Below, one piece after another: positions 25,641 to 39,512 of a stretch of 64,000 nucleotides of DNA. The translations under genes and the position numbers were made by a program. Location of the stretch: positions 52,886,001 through 52,950,000 of the forward strand of contig NC_043002.1 in NCBI RefSeq assembly GCF_006345805.1. The letters are read 5' to 3'. The notes beneath the pieces were generated by a model. It searched no databases, was not told where the DNA came from, and saw nothing but the letters and a program-made list of their open reading frames with translations. The first letter of the stretch is position 1. The number at the start of each line of letters is the position of its first letter. This DNA is from Octopus sinensis (Eukaryota).

Positions 25641-27029
25641 TAATAGATGGATAGCTTGGAATTGTTTAAAGTGTTATCATCATAGTTCTACTGAAGCAGA
25701 ATAACATTCATCATCACCATCAACATCATCATTTAATGGCAGTTGTCCATGGTGGTATGGGTTGGATGGTTTGACCAGGACTGAGGAGTTGTACTGGACT
25801 CCAGTCTGATTTGGCATGGTTTCTATGGCTGGATGCCCTTCCTAACACTAATCACTCCAAGAGTGTAATGAGTGCTTCTTACGTGTCACTGGCATGGGTG
25901 CCAGTTGATAACTTTTTTTCTATTTATGCTGGTATCTCAGGAAAATATTTTATCCTGCTAATGATTAAAAATATTAACGTATAATGTTACAAAGAGAATA
26001 TTGTGCCTGCTTACATTGTCTAATTCTTTAGCATTTAAACCTGCCTTATCTGGCCAAAATATTCTACCTATCTTATGTTCAAACAGGCCAGATCTGGTTT
26101 CTAACACCAACCCTATAATATTATTCTAAAAATTAACAATTACCTCATTGAAATCTTAAAACTAAGATATAATGCATGATTAATTCATAACAATGTGAAT
26201 AAATAAGTATTACTCTGCACAGAATAATCTGAAAGCTAAAGAGTTAAAGCATTTCTTATATATGGTATTCTTTCAATACATTTTCAACAGAATGAATAAC
26301 TCAAATAAAAATGGACCAATAGATTATCATGAACAATTCTCAGTGATTTAGTAGCGCTTTCATTTCTGACATAAACATAAAAATAATTTCAGAGTTGTGC
26401 TTGTCTTACAAGTTACTTGATCTGAAACCAGGTGTCAAACCAAGAAATAATGATGCCATTTACTAACACATAAGGCTGTTGAATTCACTTCAAATTTATC
26501 TATTCAATTATTTTCCTTGCACGACTGCAACCTGGTCACTGGTAAAGTTCCAACATTGATAGAGGAACTGTGTTAGTGATGACATAGCAATTAAGTGATG
26601 AAAAGTTTGATATCTCATGGGATAAATTTAAAGCAAATTTAATAGCTTTGTGTTATTAAGTGGTTCTTCCACAACATAGTTGATAAAAATAATAGGTAAG
26701 AGCTTCCAAGGTAGACGAGACATCAAGCGGATGACAAAAAGTGCAGTTTTCAACGATGCTGTCTTCTAAGACTGCAGTTTCAGTATTATCTACATGGAAC
26801 TTGCACCATTTCAAAAATCAAATGTTTCAAGAAAAATGCAATTTAAAAGAAACTATGTATTCATGGTTCCTTATAAACTGCTAACCATTTTGTAGTTTGT
26901 TTATCTGAATAAGTGAAAGTGTATGACCTAGTGGTTAGGGTATTGCATTCAAAATAGCAAGGTCGTGGTTTCAATTACCAGACAGGGTGGTATATTTTGT
27001 TTTGGAGAAAAAACATTTCATTTCATGGT

Positions 27030-27305
27030 GTGCTGGACTGGCTCCTGTGCAGGTGGCACATAAAAAGCACCATTTGAGCATGGCTGTTGCCAGTACCGCC
27101 TGACTGGCCCTTGTGCTGGTGGCACGTGAAAGCACCCACTACACTCTCGGAGTGGTTGGCGTTAGGAAGGGCATCCAGCTGTAAAAACTCTGCCAGATCA
27201 GATTGGAATCTGGTGCAGCCAGACCTCAGTCAAATTGTCCAACCCATGCTAGCATGGAAAGCAGACGTTAAACAATGATGATGATGATGATGATGATGAT
27301 GATGC
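27030..27305 (+). mobile_element. SINE family A copy
   Basis: Family A core and (gat)n tail. Confidence 0.85.
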
Positions 27306-28586
27306 TGCAATCCACTCTGCTCTTAATGAGTAACCCTGTGAAACACTGGAATCCCATTCAAGGTGAATACTGTGATTGAGCTCACTTATATGTAGTGGAA
27401 ACCAAATAGCAGGTTTCTATGAGTCCTAGGACTGAATCACTAATGTCCAGTGACTGACAACGATGATGTCAATGATGATGACAATGTTCATAATGATGAT
27501 GACTATGATGATGATTAAAAGCAATTATACACTAACAACCTGGTACTATCACAAAATAGAAGAACAGTGAGTGTAACAGTATAAACGCATTTTGAAGGAC
27601 TGACATGAGTCATGGTGTGTATGTAACAAACATAAAATATTAAGTTACATTAAGTTAAAAAAAATATTCATAAACCTTTTAGATAAAAGAAACTATTTAA
27701 TCATATTTCATTAAGTTAAACCTAAATTTGTGTGTGTGTGAGAGTGTATCAACACCTGGATATCAAAGTAAAACAATTATTTCTAACACAGTAAAATAAA
27801 CTGATAAACCAAGTTAATAAAATACTTGCTAGACATAAAAAAAAAAAAAAAAAAAAAAAACGATGCAGTTTCAGATATCAACATCGTTAATGAGAGGAGA
27901 TAGCTTTGCTTTTATATGGGAACGATAGTTAGGTTAAGTGAAGAAGATAGCTAGAATTATAAAAAGGGTGAGTAATCAATTAAAATATAAATACAAGTAT
28001 ATAAAATATTACATGAAACAATATAATTGATTTGCATACTGACTATACTATGTACACAGCAGAGTAGGCAAGGAGTGGTTACTTGAAAGCTTTACTATTA
28101 CTAAGATTATAGATTTAGACACTCATATGCTATAGGAGTATCTTGCTGAAAGGGTCGGTATTAAATAACAGAACTGGAGGGGTATTAGTAGTATAAATTA
28201 GAAGGGCACTCGCAAGTCTAGCAAAAAAAATTTAAAAAGCCGGGTGATGGTGAGGGCATAAAGAGCTCTCAAATGCATACCATTTACATTATAGAAACAC
28301 ACATATATTGCTAGGTGCTGAAAAATTGACTTCTATGTGGGGCCCACTTAAGCAAAACACACAGATAAGGCCGAGTCATTTCAAATTAAGTAAGGAGCAA
28401 TAAAGTTCTACATAATTTGTTCATTCATTTTATTATAAAAGCTATATATATATTTTTTTTCAACCTGTTGGGCTAACGCATTACTTCTCAATAGTGCAAG
28501 ACGCTTGGAACACACGAAAATGGTGGAGGTTTCATTCCTAAAAATCTACAAGACTGGTGACTGCTTTTGTGACAGTTATGACTGAC

Positions 28587-28757
28587 CTGACATACGGTGT
28601 CGTATGGGTTCATTGCTTGCAGATGTAGAACTGCCAAAATTCTGTCTTTCGATAAGAGGAATCATATTTGAGTAGGGTGTCCCAGAATGTACCGAGACAT
28701 TTGTCTCATCCAGAAAACAGCTGGCATCACATTCTTCAAAATAGTGTGATATAGAAC
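28587..28757 (-). CDS. NCX: Putative NCX cassette exon, paralogue 1 (171 nt): GSISHYFEECDASCFLDETNVSVHSGTPYSNMIPLIERQNFGSSTSASNEPIRHRMS|G
   Basis: Acceptor gcatgctatttttag|GT TCT, donor ATG TCA G|gtcagt; phase 1/1, open frame; ends RMS|G like paralogue 2. Confidence 0.8.
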
Positions 28758-30349
28758 CTAAAAATAGCATGCAACAGCTGAAATATGGAGGGAAAATAAG
28801 AATGGTAACATAGGCACAAGACCATAACTTTGTGGGAAGAGAAGTATGATTGGCAATATTGAACCCAAAACTTGAGCGGTACTTACTTTATAATAAAATG
28901 TAGAAGTGTATATCGGTATCTACTTCATACAGTGATGTAACTTTACACATTTTTTGAAGCTTGATGAATTAAATATCATAAGACCTTAAAAGCTAGTAAA
29001 GACACTTCTTCGTGCTTCATTACATATGTAGGAGAAATATGAGCATGAAATAGTGGATAGGGTGTTGCACTCACAATCATGGGACCATGAGTTTGATTCC
29101 CAGACAGACTGGGTGGTGCACTGTATTCTTCAACATCTGACATGCAGGGAGTGAGCCTATGTGTATCTGTGAGTGTGGTCATTTGGCAAGAAATTGCAGA
29201 ACCAACTTCCTTTGATCAACAGACAATCATTAGGAAAAATATTAGAAATTTATAAAGAGAAAGATGTGATATTATGCTTTTTCCTAAGGGCATGAATAAA
29301 CATATACAGAATGAAATTATTAAAGCGGGGAAAAGAAATTCTATAATGGACTTAGTTTGCCGAGAGCAAACCTTACCTTTAATAATATATCCTTAGATAA
29401 TATAGATATGAATACATCCATACAATTACTATATTATGATTGCACTAATATTATAAATGATTAAAACTGTATTATGAATTATTAATATAATGCTATGAAC
29501 AATTGTAATAAAATGACTAGTCTCATATTAATATTTGTTTAAGCTGGTTAATAAAGAGGTTAATACATTAAATACATCAGAATTTTTAGTGAACAAACCT
29601 GAATTGAGCAAATATATACACCATAAACAAGAGGAGTAAATAGATTTCTATGATTAACACTCATAAACACTGAAGCTTTATTATGTCTTACAATTATAAC
29701 TACAACGAAGCAATAAAAAGTTCCTGTTCTCACAAAAATATGAGTCTAAATAAACTCATTTCTCTCTATCTCGTTTGTGTGTGTGTGTAAACAATGGCTG
29801 TTTTCAAGTGTTACTGTTTTTCAGAAGTTTTATTTTATTTCTTTTTCCATATTATTGTACAAGTTCCATCCAGTATATTTCGAATGGTGAAGTTCCAAAA
29901 TCCATTATCAACATTTCTAATTCCCTCTTGGTCTCCCCTTCAGGATGAAGTAATGTTGGCATGTGTTACCAATGTGTTTAGTGTAGACATTACAAGAGGA
30001 ATTTGAATTTTTGACAGCTAAATTTATACTCCTATCCATCAAGATACTAATCTAGTACTTCCTGTTCATATATGAGCGGTTAAAGTCAACCTTGACAACA
30101 TTTGAACCTTGAATTTAAGGAGCTATATTTTTGAACTTAGCTCTTCTGCTGCTCAACAGATTTTGCCAGTCTACTACTGTAATTGTATTGTAATCATGCT
30201 GGATTAAAAGTTATAAGTGGCAAGCAACTGATCCTTTTGTAGCTATGAATTCAAGTCTTACCAAAGTCACATTCCTGAAGAGTTCATAGAATAAGAGACA
30301 GTTTTAGACAGGAACAAGTGATAACAAAAGTACAGATGTGCTAAGATAG

Positions 30350-30745
30350 GCACAGGAGTGACTGTGTGGTAAGAAGCTTGCTTCCCAACCACATGGTTGT
30401 GGGTTCAGTCCCACCATATGACATCTTGGGCAAGTGACTTCTACTATAACCTTGGGCTAACCAAAGCATTGTGAGTGGATTTGGTAGACAGACACTGAAA
30501 GAAGCCCATTGTATATGCCTATGTGAGTGTGCCTTTGTGTCTGTTTTGTACCGCTATCACTGTGTGACAACCGTTGTTGGTGTGTTTACATCCCTTTAAA
30601 GGTTCAGCAAAAGTGACTGATAAAATAAATACTAGAATTTAAAAAATAAAGTCCTGGGTCAATTTGTTTGACTAAAACACTTCAATGCGGTGCTCCAGCA
30701 TGGCTGCAGTCAAATGATTGAAACAAGTAAAAGAATAAAAGAATA
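30350..30745 (+). mobile_element. SINE family C full-length copy
   Basis: Head ggcacaggagtgactgtgtggtaagaagcttgct..gggttcagtccc, tail gactgaaacaagtaaaaga; other copies at about 22490, 51720, 52350, 54828, 56115, 60570, 62147 and 62718. Confidence 0.85.
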
Positions 30746-30999
30746 AACTATATCTAAGGTCAATTTTGCCACCATGAAGTGTTTAATCAGCACCTAAAAG
30801 CTCCAGTTATATCAACGGTCAGTTACAGCTGACCACTGATATTTGACAGGAAATAACAGAAACTGATCAAACAAGAAATAACACCCAGTGTGCATCCATG
30901 TCAGGTCAAGAGTAATTTAACCACAGGCTGATAGAAACCTGCTACTGGCAACCATGTAACTGGCACTATGTCATTTATGACATCGAGGGCTCCATTTGA

Positions 31000-31280
31000 T
31001 CTGACCAATGGAAGAGTTTGCTTGTGAGATTAATGTGCAAGTGGCTGAGCATGCCACAGACACTCACATACTTCTCAGGGAGATTCAGCATGACACAGTG
31101 TGTGACAAGGCTGGCCCCTTGAAATACAGGTATTACTCATTTTTTGCCAACTGAGTGGACTGGAGCACTATGAAATAAAGTGTCTTGCTCAAGGACGCAA
31201 TGCGCCACCGGAAATTGAACTCGTGACCCTACAATCATGTGCTGAATACCCTAACAACTAAACCATGTGCCTTCACAAGC
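31000..31280 (-). mobile_element. SINE family D copy
   Basis: tRNA-like head (reverse of gtgaaggcacatggtttag..ttagggtattcagc..gagttcaatttccgg) plus shared body. Confidence 0.8.
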
Positions 31281-31476
31281 CATGCGCAATCATGTACTGC
31301 CATACTATTGGTTTTTTGTGGTGCAGTGGTCAGAGACTAAACCAGCCCCCTATTGAACTTGCCCAGTGAGGAACAAGGATCGACACTCAAAAGGGTTATG
31401 AAACAAAACCTGTGGAAAGAAAATGAATATTCTGAGAACCAACAACGTCCTTATTCTAGAGAGGAGATGGGTGCTA

Positions 31477-31833
31477 CTAGGACGGGAGCTCTCAACCATT
31501 TTTCATCTATGGTCCCTTTTGATCGCTAGTTTATTTTGGTGGGTCTCCCATAGCCATTCAGTGTTTAAAAACTAGTTTTATAGAAACAATTCTTTCAAAA
31601 TTCCTATTTTGTTTTTCACTCATTCATTTGTGTAAGCTAAACTATGTAAAATGTTGGAGAAAGAAACTTAGCTGTTTCTTGCAATACATACCTATAGATA
31701 CATCTAAAGCAAAATTTTTTCAGGGGCCCTTAAAATATCATCATGGATCCCCAATTTACTATTTTGCTGTAAGAACCTCAAAAATCTTATATAGACCTTC
31801 AGGGGCCATATGGACCCCAGTTGAGAACCACTC
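31477..31833. mobile_element. hAT-like (Charlie-type) MITE
   Basis: Degenerate termini ..gctctcaacc / ..gttgagaaccact, resembling cagtggttctcaac TIRs. Confidence 0.5.
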
Positions 31834-32342
31834 TACAAAACCCAAAGCAAGATCTGAATGGAAAGTTACACCAACATTTAATTCTATGCCAAGGAGGCAA
31901 GCTGGCAGAATCGTTAGCATGCTGGGTAAAATACTTAGCAGCATTTTGTTTGTCTTTACGTTCTGAGTTCAAATCCCACTGAAGTTGACTGTCTTTCAAC
32001 CTTTTGGAGTTGATAAAATAGGTATCAGATGAGAACTGGGGTCGATGTAAATGACTTACTCCATCTCCTGAAATTGTTGGCCTCATGCCAAAATTTGAAA
32101 CCAATATTTAAATCTATACCAGGATGGTTAAATGCATAAGAAAAAGCCCAGAATTGAATGGTGTAAAAAAGGTGGATAAAAACAAAAAAGAATTTTTAAA
32201 CTGAAATTCAGGTACCTCAACAATGTTACATGAAAACAGAATAGAAATAGAGTGTATCAGACTAGCTAACAGCAGGGGGGTTGGCAGTTGAAATCTTGTC
32301 ATATCTACTGTACCATTTCTTTAACAAGACAGTCCACTTTAA

Positions 32343-32563
32343 CCCTTTCATTACCAGCCCAGCTGAAACCGGCCCTGGCTCTTTAGTACAAATATTTTGT
32401 TTTCATAAGTTTTGAATTAGAATCTTCCACCAAACCTTAGTCACAATTTATGTTCCTAACACTAGCTGAATGATAACTAAGTTATTTTACTAAATTCTTT
32501 GTTATATTTAAAGTAATTGCTAGAAACACAGAGCATCTCAAAATAAATATAATAACAAAAGGG
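32343..32563. mobile_element. piggyBac-like MITE, family 1
   Basis: Flanked by TTAA at 32339-32342 and 32564-32567; termini ccctttcattac / ataacaaaaggg (CCC...GGG ends). Confidence 0.8.
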
Positions 32564-33496
32564 TTAAAACAATCAGACACATTTAGATTTAACCCTTCTG
32601 ATTCTATGGCACAAACACTTTCTATTTTAAAGTGATCTAAGTTAAAAACTTTCAATTAAACTCTCATGTAACCATAGCAAAGAAGACACAAGTTAGCCAT
32701 TCAGTAAGACACAAATAAATATTTCTTAATGTCTAATTTTGTACTGTCCATACTGTAATCACTTTAGTTTCAACACGTATTGTCAGATTAAAACACTTAC
32801 TATACAATTACATCTCCATAGTTTACTATACTCTTCCTTATTTTTTTAAATGAATTGAAAGAAAATAGTGTATTGCGACAGAAATAAGGTAACAAAAGAG
32901 TTAAAGGTGTTATATGTAACAGCATGGTAAAAACTGATGGAAGTCTCATTAACTTGCAGTATAGAGTTCCTCTCAACCTATGGGTCTTGAGAAAGCAATA
33001 TGAAACTACTACCATCTATTTCTCCTCTGAATAACCAACTACACTGTCAGTCAGTCACTTACCAATGAAATAACAAGACTAAATCATGATCACTTGACAA
33101 GAAAAGAGTTGCAGCAGAACAATTTGACTAAGTGCTAAGCTATGAGCCAACAGATCGATACATTGCTTCTTAACAATGCAACAAAATTCTTAGTAAACTC
33201 ACTTAACAGGAAATCTTCTAGTAGCTGTATTGGCAAGTATAGTTTGCTGTACATAGATTGAATTTAATACAATTGATCCGAATTTCATTAAATTACATTT
33301 CTGAAAGCAAATCTTGTTTGGGGCAGTAGACAATAAAGAAGACACTTTGTAATATCCTCTTTTAAATTTACATAGGCAATCAAAGTATTTTTTTGATGGT
33401 ACAGAAAGACATGGGTTGTGAACTATAACATTATATTTTCTACTGTTACTAGTAATGAGTCTCAGAACTGATTAGATTATAGAGGGAACTTTAGTC

Positions 33497-33528
<32 letters not shown>

Positions 33529-33973
33529 TTAACGTTAATTTTCTGTGCTGGCATGGGTTGGACAGTTTGGTTGGAGCTTGTAAAAGCCAGGAGCTGCACC
33601 AGGTTCCATTGTCTGTTTTCACATGGTTTCTACAGCTGGATGCCCTTCCTAATACCAACCGCTCCACAGAGTGAACTAGTATTAATTCTGCTGTGGCAGA
33701 TTGGCCTTCTTGAACACAGCAATGTACCAGATATTTTGGTCCTTAGTCATCCCCTTCATAAGGCTCAGTGTCTTGGGATTGGCCTTCAATAATTTGTGGT
33801 CTCCCTCTTCCACAAGTTCCATCCACCTCAAATGATTGGCACGTCTGTATGCAACTATCTACATCCATACACATCACTTAACTAAACCAGCCCAGTTTTC
33901 TCTCTTGTACACTGTATCTAATTCCTCTTATGCTCAACTTTTCCCTCAAAACACCAGCACTCTGGTGCACATG

Positions 33974-34515
33974 TACAAGGGTATGATGAAAAGTTCCTGG
34001 CTTTAAGGGTATCTTAAAATGCCTAGTTGGAGGCCTAACCTTCAGAGTTCTTTTACAGGGTTTAGAAAAACTAAAGGACCACTGCAATAAATGTTTGAAT
34101 CTGAAAAGAGAATCATCATTGTTCATTGTTTAATGTCCGCTTTCCATGCTAGTATGGGTTGGACAATTTGACTGAGGACTGGCGAACCAGATGGCTGCAC
34201 CGGGCTCCAATCTTGATTTGGCAGAGTTTCTACAGCTGGATGCCCTTCCTAACGCCAACCACTCCAAGTGTGTAGTGGGTGCTTTTACGTTCCACTGGCA
34301 CGAGGGCCAGTGAGATGGTATTGGCAACGGCCATGCTCAAATGGTGTTTTTAATGTGCCACCTGCACAGGAGCCAGTCCAGCGGCACTGGCAACAACCTT
34401 GCTCAAATGTTTTTTTTTAAAATAAAAACAAAATATGTTGAATAAAATCATGATTAACTGATCCTCCTGTATTTTCTTTTACCCACAGCCAGGAACTTTT
34501 CAGCACCTCCTTGTA
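33974..34515 (+). mobile_element. Non-autonomous mariner element interrupted by a family A SINE (about 34120-34410)
   Basis: TA-flanked TIRs tacaagggtatgatgaaaagttcctggct / agccaggaacttttcagcacctccttgta; internal remnant GLEKLKDHCNKCLNL..EYVE* resembles the mariner transposase C-terminus. Confidence 0.8.
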
Positions 34516-35137
34516 CATTGATATTGCACATCCAGTGGAACATACTAGCATCATTTCCCTTGGAAAACAGATGAAGGTTTTGCCCATTACACCTTGTAGA
34601 TTATCTGAGAAACAAGGGTAGACAGCAATGTAGAGTCCATAAAACACAAAGTAATAATCACAGAAAGAGCTGAACTCAACACTACAAGTTTACAAAATAC
34701 TTGTTGATTACACAGGGCTGTGGCAACTGAGAGTAGTTTCTTCCGCATTGTGCCTATTTACAGCTAAGTGGACTGAGCAAACATTAAATAGCTTAGCAAT
34801 AGACACAACAATGACAGTAACAAGTTTCAAAACACTAGGTTTTAGACTGGGTTTTGACAACATCATGTGAGAGATTGCAAAGGTTACTTAGTACAATTTC
34901 TCTTCTCTCTTCACTGACTTTTAGTGATAGTAGTTTCTGATATGGAACACAAGGCCAGAAATTGGGGAGGAGAGGGTTAGTAAATTAAATTGCCAAACGC
35001 ACTTAACTAATACTTTATAAATGTGACTTTGGCTGGGATTGAACTCAGAAAATAAAGAGCCAGAACAAATACTGCAACGTATTTTGTTTGAAGTTCTAAT
35101 GACTGTGAAATTACTACTACTACTACTACCCCCTCCC

Positions 35138-35175
<38 letters not shown>

Positions 35176-35397
35176 TAATAATAATTCCAAATTTTGGTTC
35201 ACGGCCAGCAATTTCTTTATTGCATTGACCCTACTGCTCAACTGGCACTTATTTTATCAACCCTGAAAGAATGAAAGGCAAAGTCAACCTTGCCAGAATC
35301 TGAACTCAGAATGTAAAGATGGAGAAATGCAGCTAAGTATTTTTGCTTAGCATGCTAATGATTCTGCTAGCTTACTGCCTTGATGATAATAATAATG

Positions 35398-35437
<40 letters not shown>

Positions 35438-36304
35438 TAATAATAAAAATAATAATGGTTTCAAATTTTGCTACAAGGGTGTCCATTTTGGAGGAGGGGA
35501 TGAGTCAATTACATCGACCCCAGTGTTTCACTGGTACTTAATTTATCGACCCCGAAAGGATGAAAGGCAAAGTTGACCGTGGCAGAATTTGAACACAGAA
35601 CATAGCGGCAGATGAAATACTGCTAAGCATTTTTGCCTGGCGTGCTAATGATTCTGCCAGCTCACCACCTTAAATAATAATAATAATAATGATAACAATA
35701 ATCCTTACTACTATTGGCACAAGGCCAGCAATTTTGGGGGAGGGGCTAGTTGATTACATTGAACCCCAATGCTCAACTGGTATTTATTTTATTGACACCC
35801 GCTTCCCCACTGAAAAGATGAAAGGTGAAGTTGTTCTCCATGACCACTCAGATGCCAAAAGTGAGTCAGGAACTGAAGTAATGTCTGGTTTGAACTTTTG
35901 AGGAACAACTGCTGAGGGGAAAATATATGCAAGGCAGAGGTGCCATTTAAGAGAGGAATATGCTTTAATGCAGGAAACTAAGTTTTTTGAGGTGACCATT
36001 GAATTTACAACTGAGGAAATCAAAATACTGTCTGTTACAAGAACAAGTAGATTTGCAATACTAATGATAGAATTTTCAAAGTAGGATGCATTATTTTAAG
36101 GATTCAGATATCGTAAAACCTTGACTTCAGCTATGTTTGTTTGTAAATAGACCTATAGCTTAGAGCCTTTTAAAATGTAGAAAATCCCAACAAAACAATA
36201 TGCATAAAATATTTTGAATCAGATGTCTATTAAAGCAAAGAGGATGTATTAAATTTAACTAACCGTAATCAGATAAAAACAAACAAACCAAAGTATCTGT
36301 TTTT

Positions 36305-36452
36305 ACCATTCATATATATATATATACATATATATATATATCATATATACATACATATATATATATAATACATATATAATACATACATATATATAACATA
36401 TATACATACATATATATATATATATATACATACATATTATATATATATATAT

Positions 36453-36504
<52 letters not shown>

Positions 36505-36592
36505 CATATATACATACATATATATATATATATACATACATATATATATATATATACAATACATATATACATACATATATACATACATATAC

Positions 36593-36637
<45 letters not shown>

Positions 36638-36895
36638 TACATATATATATATATATATAACATATATATACATATATATACACATATATATACATATATA
36701 TATATATACATACATATATATACATATATATAACACATATATATATACATATATATACATACATATATAATACATATATATACATATATATATATAATAT
36801 ATACATATATACATATATATATAATATATATACATATATATATAATACATATACATACTATATATATATACATATACATACATATATATATATAC

Positions 36896-36928
<33 letters not shown>

Positions 36929-37521
36929 CATATATATACATACATATATATACATATATATATAATACATACATATATATACATATATACATATACATAT
37001 ATATATACATATATACATACACACATACATACATATATATACATATATATACATACATATATATACATACATTATATATACATACATATATACTATATAT
37101 ATATATACATTATATATACATATATATATATATATAATATATACATATACATACATATATATAACATATATATATATACATATATATAACATATATATAT
37201 ACATATATACATATATATATACATATATACATACATAATATATACATATATACATACATATACATACATATATACATACATATATATATATACATATACA
37301 TATATATATAATATATATACATATACACATATATAATACACATATATATATACACATATATATATATACACATATTATATATACACATATATATATATAC
37401 ACATATATATATATATACACATATATATATATACACATATATATATTATACACATATATATATATACACACATATATATATATACACATATATATACACA
37501 CATATATATATATACACATAC

Positions 37522-37555
<34 letters not shown>

Positions 37556-37666
37556 CATATTTATATATACATACATATATATATATACATATTTATATAT
37601 ACATACATATATATATATACATATTTATATATACATACATAATATATATACATATATATATACATA

Positions 37667-37717
<51 letters not shown>

Positions 37718-38110
37718 ACATACATATATACATACATACATATATACATACATATATATATACATACATATACATACACACATATATACATACATATATA
37801 TATACATACATATATACATACATACATATACATACACACATATATACATACATATATATATACATACACACATATATACATACATATATACATACATACA
37901 TACATATATACATACATACATATATATATACATACATATATATATACATACATATATATATACATATATATACATACATATATATATACATACATATATA
38001 CATACATACATATATATATACATACATATATATATACATACATACATATATACATACATACATATATATACATACATACATATATATACATACATACATA
38101 TATATATACA
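36305..38110. repeat. About 1.8-kb compound (TA)n/(TACA)n microsatellite
   Basis: Directly visible; it generates the long Y/I/M/C/V-only ORFs in the track. Confidence 0.98.
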
Positions 38111-38768
38111 TGATGATGATGATCACAAATTTTAAAATCAACTGAAGAAAAAAGAATGAAATACATTTTTACAGAGGAGAAAACAACAAACAAAAATAAC
38201 TGTAAATATGCTACAGCTACAAAAACAACATCAACAATAAATAGGGTTAATGTGACACAGACAAGAAGTGAAACTAAAATAGCATAAAGAAGTATCTGCA
38301 AATTTAACAGACGTGCATTTTAAAGAGAAGGCAAATTTTAAATATTGATTTAAAAAAAAAAGGTAAAAGAAAAAAGAAATTGAAAGATACCTAACTACAC
38401 CTAGAAGGTGTGTGATATCTATACCAAAATATGTAGAAGAAATACAAATATTGAAAGGTAAAAAAGCAAATAAATATTATTAGAAAAAAAAAAATCCGAA
38501 GTAAAATAAATATTAACCTTTTTCAATTATCTATGTAAGATTTACTTTGAAAATATATAGATAAGGTAAACAAATGTTTTGAAGTATAACAGAAAAAAAA
38601 AAGCCATAAACTGTTCATGTTTTCAAAGCAAAAGCGTTTAGCATTTGGTGCATAGACATGTGAGGTGCTGCACTACATGTGTGTGTGTGTCTGTATGCAT
38701 GTATGTCTGTGTGTGTATATATATGTATGTATGTATGTATGTGTATATGTTTGTGTGTGTGTGTTCAA

Positions 38769-39128
38769 ATATATATATATATATATACACACGCACACAC
38801 AGTAAAGGAAAGACATCATTACTTCAAATTTGATACTTAGTTAAGTAACTGAATAATTTTCAAATGATAAACTGAACCATTTTTCTCTTAGAAAAAAATC
38901 AAGAAATATATCCATTTAAAAAAAATTTTTTTTACAAGAATGGTTGCTTATCATCTGAAGCTTACCTCGTTTAACCTTGTATGAAATCTAAAGTGACAAT
39001 CTTTTATCTGTTAATAGATTATAGCTTTACATATAATACACCCACACATATTTTACTCCACGCTTGTGCTGAGTACTTTATATTTGTTCATGTAGGCACC
39101 TATTATATATATACCCATCCATAAAAAT

Positions 39129-39171
<43 letters not shown>

Positions 39172-39512
39172 CACACGCACACACAGTAAAGGAAAGACAT
39201 CATTACTTCAAATTTGATACTTAGTTAAGTAACTGAATAATTTTCAAATGATAAACTGAACCATTTTTCTCTTAGAAAAAAATCAAGAAATATATCCATT
39301 TAAAAAAAATTTTTTTTACAAGAATGGTTGCTTATCATCTGAAGCTTACCTCGTTTAACCTTGTATGAAATCTAAAGTGACAATCTTTTATCTGTTAATA
39401 GATTATAGCTTTACATATAATACACCCACACATATTTTACTCCACGCTTGTGCTGAGTACTTTATATTTGTTCATGTAGGCACCTATTATATATATACCC
39501 ATCCATAAAAAT

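Noticed and set aside
26660-26790. Minus-strand frame DNTETAVLEDSIVENCTFCHPLDVSSTLEAL with faint likeness to the cassette paralogues
   Set aside because: No suitable donor before the stop, poor acceptor, and the similarity is too weak to call by eye.
29970-30017. 48-nt in-frame phase-1/1 candidate (A)VKNSNSSCNVYTKHI|G
   Set aside because: The acceptor lacks a pyrimidine tract; within the range expected by chance.
30261-30273. 13-nt ctcttcag|GAATGTGACTTTG|gtaaga micro-exon-like site
   Set aside because: Frameshifting, and reads G-M-stop in the NCX frame; cannot be supported without RNA data.
35902-36084. 60-codon open plus-strand frame (GTTAEGKIYARQRCHLREEY...)
   Set aside because: No start, no splice signals and no recognisable homology; possibly an old TE fragment.
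36303-38301. Long ORFs of 108-379 aa in the ORF track
   Set aside because: Translations of the TA/TACA microsatellite (only Y, I, M, C, V).
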